NCBI GenBank assembly: GCA_043815135.1
Contig: JBDRJJ010000077.1
Location: 1 to 13,842 of the forward strand
Direction of reading: 5' to 3'
Origin: Candidatus Micrarchaeota archaeon
GTDB lineage: Archaea; Micrarchaeota; Micrarchaeia; Burarchaeales; JAKAKT01
Length of the DNA: 13,842 nucleotides
How positions within the stretch are numbered: the first letter of the stretch is position 1; the number at the start of each line of letters is the position of its first letter. Position numbers and translations under genes: made by a program. Shown one piece after another: positions 1 through 5,591 of the stretch. The notes under the pieces were generated by a model, which worked only from the letters and a program-made list of their open reading frames with translations, had not been told where the DNA came from and searched no databases.

Positions 1-73
1 GCCCGCCTTTTCCCTTCTCTTTCTGGAAAGCAGTCTCCGGGCTCTCGAGGGCCTCCCTCCAAAACGAGAACAT
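1..73 (-). CDS. Possible 5' end of a CDS running off the left edge (hypothetical; first 24 codons only)
   Basis: The ATG at 73 (minus) opens a frame, MFSFWREALESPETAFQKEKGKGG..., that stays open to position 1. A palindromic ATTTAAAT box lies ~35 nt upstream. It is too short to assign. Plus-strand frames ending at 78 or 90 are alternative explanations. Confidence 0.25.
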   Translation of the reverse strand, partial: MFSFWREALESPETAFQKEKGKGG

Positions 74-107
74 GCGTGAGATTTCCATAAGCTGGTTTAA
101 CACTGTG

Positions 108-115
108 ATTTAAAT
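108..115. promoter_or_regulatory. Palindromic TATA-like box ATTTAAAT between divergent starts (73 minus, 138 plus)
   Basis: It is the only strongly A/T box in the 64-nt spacer. It lies 23 nt upstream of ATG 138, which implies a leaderless or near-leaderless mRNA, and 35 nt upstream of the minus-strand ATG at 73. Confidence 0.4.
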
Positions 116-137
116 AACTGTTTGCGATAGTTCACTC

Positions 138-467
138 ATGAACGAGCGGAATGCCGTCCTGGTTGTTGCAATAGCCATTGTGCTCGTTCTCGCGTCCATC
201 CTTTTTCTCCCGAAATTCCAGGAGGCTACAAAACCGGTCCCGCAAACCCAGACTCCGGAATACTGCGAGTCAAAAGGAGCTGCATACAAGGGATTCACAA
301 ACGGTTGCATGGACTCGTGCATTCTTGCGAGGAATCCGGATGTTGTTTGCACCCAGTCGTTGACCTCTGGCTGCGACTGCGGGAAGGAAAAGTGCTGGAA
401 CGGTTTCGAGTGCGAGCCGAACCGCGGAGAGGGCTTCGCCCCCTCCCCAGTTCCAGGGTCCTCCTGA
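138..467 (+). CDS. Small membrane-anchored or secreted cysteine-rich protein (hypothetical)
   Basis: ATG start and an N-terminal hydrophobic segment AVLVVAIAIVLVLASILFL. This is followed by 8 Cys within ~55 aa (CESKG..GC..SC..VC..GCDC..KC..EC) and a Pro/Gly-rich tail. Preferred over the antisense ORF 110..523, whose product is low-complexity. Confidence 0.6.
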   Translation: MNERNAVLVVAIAIVLVLASILFLPKFQEATKPVPQTQTPEYCESKGAAYKGFTNGCMDSCILARNPDVVCTQSLTSGCDCGKEKCWNGFECEPNRGEGFAPSPVPGSS

Positions 468-509
468 CCCTCCCCCCTTAACGAACTGAAAGCGCCAGCT
501 ACCAAAACT

Positions 510-520
510 AAAATAAAAAA
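510..520 (-). terminator. Oligo-T tract (TTTTTTATTTT on the minus strand) downstream of the PAC2 gene
   Basis: The plus strand reads AAAATAAAAAA, ~47 nt past the minus-strand stop at 567. Archaeal termination typically uses oligo-T runs. Confidence 0.35.
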
Positions 521-566
521 CAAGAAACTCGGATGGTTCTCGATTTCCCGAGCCGAACTGATGCGC

Positions 567-1298
567 TTATTGGTACATCGGCCCGAGCCCTTCCACCCGT
601 TTGTAATGGTCGTGCGCGACTTTCGCGTTCTCCATCACGTCCTTAATCTTCGACTCGATGGTCTTGGACTCGTTCACGAGCTCTGCGGTGTCTATATCGA
701 CCCCTATAAGGGCCCTGAGCTTTTCAATCACCATCGCAGCGGCGAGCGGGTCCATGAAATCAGGTTTCGCCTCTGCAAGAAGGGATGCTGCGGGGAACCC
801 TTTTGAGGCGCACTCAGCAAGGAGCACGCCGCTCACGCCGGTAGTCGCGCCTTCCTTTATCCTCTTGACACCATTCGCCTCAAGCTTCTTTGCAATCTCC
901 GGGGTGCTCGCGATTCCGAACACCTCTTTCTGCTCGGCCTCAATCGAAATCCCGCCGAGCGAATAGATGGAGCTCACCTTGTGCTCTCTCGCCCACTCGG
1001 TTATTTCCGAAGCGAGGTGGTGTATCACTCCCATCGGGATTGTGAACTCGCTGAAAAGTACGACGAGGTTGTGCTTTTTCGACTTGTAAATCCTGGCAGG
1101 ATGGAGGGGCACGTAGTTATGGACAGCTGCAATCGGGGGGAACTTCTCGGAGACGATGTAGCCGAGCGGCTCCATCTTGAGCTTGTCGACAATGTAGCTT
1201 GCGGCAATAGTCCCAACGAGCCCAACTCCCGGGAATCCCTCAATCAGTATCGGCGACTTCAAGTCGAACTTCGAAACCTCTTTTATCCTGACGCTCAT
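567..1298 (-). CDS. PAC2-family proteasome assembly chaperone (archaeal COG1938-type)
   Basis: KSPILIEGFPGVGLVGTIAASYIVDKLKMEPLGYIVSEKFPPIAAV, followed by the PARIY..., LGGIS..., GATTGVSGVLLAE and DPLAAAMVIEKL blocks, matches the PAC2 pattern as I remember it. I use the internal ATG at 1298 (MSVRIKEV...; 243 aa, the usual family size) rather than the track start at 1493. That start would add 65 non-family residues and overlap the divergent gene. A TTTATAAA box sits 41-48 nt upstream of 1298. Confidence 0.8.
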   Translation of the reverse strand: MSVRIKEVSKFDLKSPILIEGFPGVGLVGTIAASYIVDKLKMEPLGYIVSEKFPPIAAVHNYVPLHPARIYKSKKHNLVVLFSEFTIPMGVIHHLASEITEWAREHKVSSIYSLGGISIEAEQKEVFGIASTPEIAKKLEANGVKRIKEGATTGVSGVLLAECASKGFPAASLLAEAKPDFMDPLAAAMVIEKLRALIGVDIDTAELVNESKTIESKIKDVMENAKVAHDHYKRVEGLGPMYQ

Positions 1299-1338
1299 AA
1301 AATCCCTCTCAAGAATGAGTAGGCATTCCATCCAGCTC

Positions 1339-1346
1339 TTTATAAA
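1339..1346 (-). promoter_or_regulatory. TATA-like box TTTATAAA upstream of the PAC2 start
   Basis: Palindromic A/T octamer 41-48 nt upstream of the ATG at 1298, in the divergent intergenic region. Confidence 0.4.
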
Positions 1347-1387
1347 CCTTTTCAGATTCTTCCAAAAAGAATCCGAAGGTCGATACA

Positions 1388-1395
1388 TTAAAATA
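1388..1395 (+). promoter_or_regulatory. TATA-like box TTAAAATA upstream of the plus-strand pilin-like operon
   Basis: Lies 31-38 nt upstream of the TTG at 1426. A GGTG lies 7 nt before that TTG. Confidence 0.3.
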
Positions 1396-1425
1396 CCATC
1401 CGAGAAATAGGTACGGTGCTCTCCA

Positions 1426-1749
1426 TTGCTAGATATAAACGCCCTCGTTTCGGTCTCTTGTTTCATCCTCTTTATGACAGGGGTCTTGTTCATCTATTAC
1501 CTCTCCAAAACATCGCAATACAATGAGGCATCCGAACTCCGGGCAAAACGGAGAATCGAGGACGTTGCGTATTATCTCTCGAAAATGGAAGAGCAGATAG
1601 AGGATTCGGAGTCGCAGCTCCAGAAGAAAATTGATGTCCAGGAGCTTGACACGAGAATAAACCTCTCAATATACGAGAACCTCGTCACAAGAGCGCTTCC
1701 CCAGAAGCTGAGCGCCAGGAAGCGAAAGGTGAGGGAAGATGACGATTGA
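1426..1749 (+). CDS. Single-pass membrane protein with a charged coiled-coil-like tail (hypothetical)
   Basis: The TTG start at 1426 is needed to include a full hydrophobic helix, ALVSVSCFILFMTGVLFIYYL. The next in-frame ATG (1474) would truncate it. The rest is heptad-like and charged (ELRAKRRIEDVAYYLSKMEEQIEDSESQLQKKIDVQELD). The gene overlaps the next one by 11 nt. The start codon is uncertain. Confidence 0.55.
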   Translation: MLDINALVSVSCFILFMTGVLFIYYLSKTSQYNEASELRAKRRIEDVAYYLSKMEEQIEDSESQLQKKIDVQELDTRINLSIYENLVTRALPQKLSARKRKVREDDD

Positions 1750-2464
1750 GGAACTAGGGCTGAGCTCGCAATCGCTTGTGCTGATGCTAGCGACTGCGCT
1801 GTTCCTCTATTGGCTTATGCGATACGCGGGTGGCCTGAAGCGGGAGGTGCACGAGAATCGCGCGAAGCTAGAGGAAGACATGCGCGAGCTCGAGGAGGTG
1901 GCGAAGAAGCTCGAGAACGACCTGGACAAGATGTACGGCAGGCTCGATGCCAAGGCGGACCAAACGCAGCTGGACCTGAAGCTCGAAGAGCTTGAGCGGA
2001 AGAGGGCGCAGATGATACAGAGCGCAGTGCAGCTCAAGAAGAAGGCCCAGGCATCGGTCGAGCTGATTGCCCTGTTCACACTGCTCCTGCTCCCAATAAT
2101 CGCCGGCTTCATTTACGCGTACTCCACTGTTTCAGACTCAAACAAGTTCAAGGCTGATGTCGCCCTGGACAGGATTGGGTCGACGGCAGAGCGGCTCTAT
2201 GTTGAGGGCCCGGGGGCAAGCGCCCAGGTGTTCGTGGACCTTCCCGGAAGCATCGACTCCGCGTCATCATACATTGGCTCTCCCTCTGGGGGGGAAGGGC
2301 CGTATCTATCGCTTAACGTATCCGGCTCGGAAACATTCAGGCTCCTTGCCTCCAACATGTCCGGGAACTGGCAGAATACGACCGGGGGGAAGGTGAAGCC
2401 CGGGTTCAATGCCTTCAACATGACGGTGAATTCATCCGGTTGCGTCGTCATTGTGCCGAGGTGA
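1739..2464 (+). CDS. Chimeric protein: N-terminal TM + coiled-coil module fused to a class III signal peptide (QxSxExxxL, DUF361-type) pilin-like domain
   Basis: ATG preceded by AGGTGA (1726-1731). Residues 1-90 form a TM helix (SLVLMLATALFLYWL) plus a charged heptad region. Residues 92-120 read MIQSAVQLKKKA|QASVELIALFTLLLLPIIAGFIYAY, an exact QxSxExxxL motif followed by a hydrophobic helix. The C-terminal domain has 5 N-x-S/T sequons. Confidence 0.7.
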   Translation: MTIEELGLSSQSLVLMLATALFLYWLMRYAGGLKREVHENRAKLEEDMRELEEVAKKLENDLDKMYGRLDAKADQTQLDLKLEELERKRAQMIQSAVQLKKKAQASVELIALFTLLLLPIIAGFIYAYSTVSDSNKFKADVALDRIGSTAERLYVEGPGASAQVFVDLPGSIDSASSYIGSPSGGEGPYLSLNVSGSETFRLLASNMSGNWQNTTGGKVKPGFNAFNMTVNSSGCVVIVPR

Positions 2465-2468
2465 GCTG

Positions 2469-2846
2469 TTGAGGGCCCAAGTCGCGATTGAATACGTGTT
2501 TGCAGTTTTCATGTGGCTGTTCGTGTGCACGGCCGTCTCATACGCGATAAGCCCATACATATCCGCCCTTGCGTCCCAGTCATCTCTTCGCGCCTATTCC
2601 TCCCAATCAGCCTGGCTTGGCGGGATAGGCTCATCTGATGTTGATGGCCTGAGATTCGCATATCGCCACACAAGGGTTGATGGCAACCTATCCTTCAACA
2701 ACACTTCGGTTGTGCTCGCAACGAAGGGAGACGAGTCCATAGCGGACTATGCAGCCAACTACTCATACTCCGATTTGATTGAGCGGGGCGATAAAGTGCT
2801 CCTGAGGATTCAAGACGGAACTCAGGTTGCAGTGAAGGTGGAATGA
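2469..2846 (+). CDS. Pilin-like protein with a very short class III signal peptide (MRA|QVAIEY...)
   Basis: The TTG at 2469 lies 4 nt after GAGGTGA (2458-2464). The product begins (M)RAQVAIEYVFAVFMWLFVCTAVSYAI, with Q+1, E+5 and a hydrophobic helix, and carries 4 sequons. The track start (TTG 2451) is the alternative and would give a 9-aa leader, MCRGELLRA. Confidence 0.65.
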   Translation: MRAQVAIEYVFAVFMWLFVCTAVSYAISPYISALASQSSLRAYSSQSAWLGGIGSSDVDGLRFAYRHTRVDGNLSFNNTSVVLATKGDESIADYAANYSYSDLIERGDKVLLRIQDGTQVAVKVE

Positions 2847-3347
2847 TTGAGGGCACAAATTGCTTCAATCGACCTCCTGCTATCAACAATAGCCCTCTCG
2901 GTACTCGCCCTCACGCTAATAACATTCATAGAGGCCGAAATCAGGAACACGGAGTCCGCGACCGCAGATGAGAGGCGCGATGCGTTCTCCTTTGCAGCAG
3001 TTCAAGAGCTCGCCCTCACCCCGGGAAGTCCGGAGAACTGGGACATCGATAGCTGCGAGAGAATCGGCCTCTCCTGCGCTGAAGGGGAGCTTTGTGCTGA
3101 AAAAATCTCCCTCCTCTCCTCGCTTTATTCGTCCGATTATAACGGGACAAAAAGGCTCCTGGGCCTAGGGGCATACGATGTTTCAATCCTCATATGCGCG
3201 CCTTACGACTATTCATCATGCGATTACAACTTCTCAACGCAGGCGAGGGAGGACGACCGCGCGGGCTCAAACCACGTCTCAAGGGCGGAGGCGCTCTCGA
3301 CACTGGGGGGAAAAACAGTTTCAGTAATCATTTACGCCTGGGAGTAG
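2847..3347 (+). CDS. Pilin-like protein with a very short class III signal peptide (MRA|QIASIDLLL...)
   Basis: The TTG at 2847 lies 4 nt after AGGTGGA (2836-2842) and immediately follows the upstream TGA stop. The product begins (M)RAQIASIDLLLSTIALSVLALTLITFI. The globular part has 5 Cys and 2 sequons. Confidence 0.65.
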   Translation: MRAQIASIDLLLSTIALSVLALTLITFIEAEIRNTESATADERRDAFSFAAVQELALTPGSPENWDIDSCERIGLSCAEGELCAEKISLLSSLYSSDYNGTKRLLGLGAYDVSILICAPYDYSSCDYNFSTQAREDDRAGSNHVSRAEALSTLGGKTVSVIIYAWE

Positions 3348-3348
3348 G

Positions 3349-3807
3349 CTAGCAGTCCGAATACTCCATCTGGTCGTAGACTCCGTTTTCAGCCACAACT
3401 GATATCCGGTTGTATCCTGTTGGGAGCGCAGAAGACGTATTGAATCGGGCAAGCTCCCCAGGCCTCCAGGCGTCAATAGTCGAGTATTCTACCCAGGAAT
3501 TGTCCCTATATAAGTGGATTGAATTAACCCCGAGCGCTGCGCCGCTCAGGAACACGTTAGTTGCATTCGCGTTTATGAAAGACGAGCCCACATTCTTAAC
3601 ATAGACATAAGTCGACCCGCCAAGATAGCAGGAGTCTCCGGTTATCTTTATCGAGGTCCTGAGCTGGGAGGAAAGGGCATCAGACTTTGCGTTGAAGCTT
3701 CCTGCAAGCGAGCTGACCGAAATAGACACGACCCCGACAATCGCGAGCGCGACTATCACGGACGCTATGAAGAAAATCGCCTCTGTGACGCTTGTTCCGA
3801 ATCCCAT
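3349..3807 (-). CDS. ArlF/ArlG (FlaF/FlaG)-family-like protein, short form
   Basis: The N-terminus, MGFGTSVTEAIFFIASVIVALAIVGVV, has no basic leader. That matches the unprocessed archaellin-like N-termini of FlaF/FlaG as I remember them. It is followed by SQLRTSIKITGD...YVYVKNVGSS, a beta-sandwich-type pattern. An AGGTG lies 4 nt upstream of the ATG. Which of ArlF or ArlG it is cannot be decided. Confidence 0.6.
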   Translation of the reverse strand: MGFGTSVTEAIFFIASVIVALAIVGVVSISVSSLAGSFNAKSDALSSQLRTSIKITGDSCYLGGSTYVYVKNVGSSFINANATNVFLSGAALGVNSIHLYRDNSWVEYSTIDAWRPGELARFNTSSALPTGYNRISVVAENGVYDQMEYSDC

Positions 3808-3818
3808 GAATACACCTG

Positions 3819-4784
3819 CTAGCTGCAGTCGTAGGTCGCACGCGCAGTCGCGCCGTTTTCGGTGACCACCGAAACAGCGTGTTCCTCGCTGCTGCTACTC
3901 ATATCGTAAAATACTATATTAATGTTTTTAGCCGGGGCAATCGTGAGGGCGCTCAAGTTCGAGTGGGAGTAAGTGACGACTAAATATGGGTCATTTTCCC
4001 TTCCGAAGGACTCGGTCTGCCACGGTCTGGCTATCGCGTAGTTGTTGTTGCCAGGGTCCCAATTGCTCCTCAGCTCGAAATCAGTGTCCCCCTGCCTGTT
4101 TATGTCGCTCTTTGGCACGCTCATGTTCTTCCAGCCAACTGTCCCGAGATAGTTGCTCGTGGCAAAATACGTGAAGTTGTTCCAGGCGGATTGGGTCAGG
4201 ACCCCGATTGCGTTGAATCCATAGTAATAATCGACATTCCAGGTCACGCTCGTGTCGCTCACAGTCTCGTTTACCTTCAGGTACAGCTCGGCATCGGTTA
4301 TGTCCGCCCCGTCGTTTAGGGAGGAGGTGTCGAAGCTGAAGTAGCTCCGATAATACGTGTCCCCGCCCCTCCTGTCCCTCCCTATCCAGGACACATTCGT
4401 AGTATTGTAAACAGTATAAGACGAGCCGTCAAATTGAATGTACCCGTCAGCACTGCTCGAGGAATAGAACTTCGCAGTCGTAGTCGCGTTCTTCAGCTGG
4501 AGAACCTCGTTGTTGTCGAACACGGTGAGCTTCCTGAAAGCGAGCTGCGTTGAGCCCGTGTTGTTGACTACCACTGTCAGGTTATACTTATTGCACGACC
4601 CCTGGACCGAGATGCCCGTTATTTGAAGCGAGGACTGCTGGGCCGAGGAAACGATTTGCCCCTGCTCCCCCAAGCCACCTGAAATGCCCCGAATCCCGGA
4701 TTCGACCACCGGGTAGGCAATCACGAGCGCCCCGGCTACCCCCAACAGAATTATTATCACTGCAGCAGAGGCGCTTAACCCCAT
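3819..4784 (-). CDS. ArlF/ArlG-family-like protein with a ~175-aa inserted beta-rich (DNRLRE-like) module
   Basis: N-terminus MGLSASAAVIIILLGVAGALVIAY, then SSLQITGISV...YNLTVVVNNTGST. The C-terminal strands (HAVSVVTENGATARATYDCS) align with those of the 152-aa neighbour (RISVVAENGVYDQMEYSDC). Residues ~100-275 have no counterpart there and contain RSYFSFDTSSL, ITDAELYLKV, SVTWN and DPYLVVTY. There are 9 N-x-S/T sequons. Confidence 0.6.
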   Translation of the reverse strand: MGLSASAAVIIILLGVAGALVIAYPVVESGIRGISGGLGEQGQIVSSAQQSSLQITGISVQGSCNKYNLTVVVNNTGSTQLAFRKLTVFDNNEVLQLKNATTTAKFYSSSSADGYIQFDGSSYTVYNTTNVSWIGRDRRGGDTYYRSYFSFDTSSLNDGADITDAELYLKVNETVSDTSVTWNVDYYYGFNAIGVLTQSAWNNFTYFATSNYLGTVGWKNMSVPKSDINRQGDTDFELRSNWDPGNNNYAIARPWQTESFGRENDPYLVVTYSHSNLSALTIAPAKNINIVFYDMSSSSEEHAVSVVTENGATARATYDCS

Positions 4785-4816
4785 TCAGTTCCCCGAATAG
4801 GAATCGCTACAGCTGC

Positions 4817-4824
4817 TTAAATTA
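4817..4824 (-). promoter_or_regulatory. TATA-like box (TAATTTAA on the minus strand) upstream of the 3819..4784 gene
   Basis: Lies 33-40 nt upstream of the ATG at 4784, directly after the oligo-T tract that follows the MinD-like gene. Confidence 0.35.
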
Positions 4825-4831
4825 CTTTTGG

Positions 4832-4844
4832 AAAAAAGAAAAAA
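4832..4844 (-). terminator. Oligo-T tract TTTTTTCTTTTTT (minus strand) abutting the MinD-like stop codon
   Basis: The plus strand reads AAAAAAGAAAAAA at 4832-4844, and the stop codon (minus) is at 4845-4847. This is a typical archaeal oligo-T terminator signal. Confidence 0.45.
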
Positions 4845-5591
4845 CTAGAAGAACCTTGCGACAAGCTGCCTGAAGTAGCTCGGAGGCGAGTACGAAACAT
4901 CCGCAAGCGCTGCCCCGAATTTCTTCATCTCCACCGAATACTTGCTGTACGGCTTGTGGTGGACGACCGGTCTTCCATATTCGACGCTCTCAATCACGTT
5001 CTCGTCGTATGGGAGGATTCCGAGAACATCTGCCCCAATCCAGTCCTCTGCTTCCTTCTCGACCTTGCCCCAGTTCCTCCTGACCTTGTTCACCACTGTC
5101 CCGAGGACATCGAGGCCATGCTTCTCAGCAACCTTCTTGGTCTTCAAAGTGTTCGCATACGAGGTGATTTCCGGGGTAGTAAGGAGCACCACCTTGTCCG
5201 CGAGCTTCATGGATTCCACGGTGTTCTCGCCCAATGTCCCGGGCGCGTCCAGGAGAATCACGTCTGAGATGCCTTCCATGTTATCGACGATTTCGCCCAT
5301 GTGCTTGGGCTTCACAACGCTCATGTCATCTACAGATAAGCTTGAAGCGACTACTCGCACCCCGGTCGGGTGGTCGAACACAGCGTCCTTCACATGGACC
5401 CCCTCTGCAACTACGTCGTGTATTGTCTTCTTCGGAAACGGCGGGCCGAGGATGCACCCCAAGTCCCCATTAGTAAGGTTCCCGTCCAGAATCACAACAT
5501 CGACTCCGAATTGCGATAGCGCAATGCCAAGGTTCGCCACAAAGTTGCTCTTTCCAACCCCTCCTTTTCCTGAGGCCACAGTTATTATCAT
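4845..5591 (-). CDS. MinD/ParA/FlhG-family ATPase (deviant Walker A)
   Basis: MIITVASGKGGVGKSNFVANLG carries a deviant Walker A (KGGxGKS) with the signature lysine. Other motifs are VVILDGNLTNGDLG (switch region) and VILLDAPG (Walker B). The C-terminal YFRQLVARFF could be an amphipathic membrane-targeting helix. I use the ATG at 5591, preceded by GCGAGGG, and not the GTG at 5651. Confidence 0.85.
   Translation of the reverse strand: MIITVASGKGGVGKSNFVANLGIALSQFGVDVVILDGNLTNGDLGCILGPPFPKKTIHDVVAEGVHVKDAVFDHPTGVRVVASSLSVDDMSVVKPKHMGEIVDNMEGISDVILLDAPGTLGENTVESMKLADKVVLLTTPEITSYANTLKTKKVAEKHGLDVLGTVVNKVRRNWGKVEKEAEDWIGADVLGILPYDENVIESVEYGRPVVHHKPYSKYSVEMKKFGAALADVSYSPPSYFRQLVARFF

Noticed and set aside
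110-523. 137-aa minus-strand ORF overlapping the small Cys-rich gene
   Set aside because: The product is low-complexity (Gly/Pro/Ser-rich, no clear domain). It lies fully antisense to a better-formed ORF that has a signal anchor, ordered Cys spacing and a TATA box at the right distance.
1299-1493. 65-codon N-terminal extension of the PAC2 ORF (track start at 1493)
   Set aside because: The extension has no PAC2 similarity, would make the protein longer than typical for the family, overlaps the divergent TM-coiled-coil gene and swallows the TTTATAAA box. The internal ATG at 1298 fits better.
2843-2965. ATG at 2843 within the ATGA stop/start overlap at the pilin-pilin junction
   Set aside because: It is in a different frame from the pilin. 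It yields only ~40 codons of non-hydrophobic sequence before a TGA and lacks the RA|Q-hydrophobic signature.
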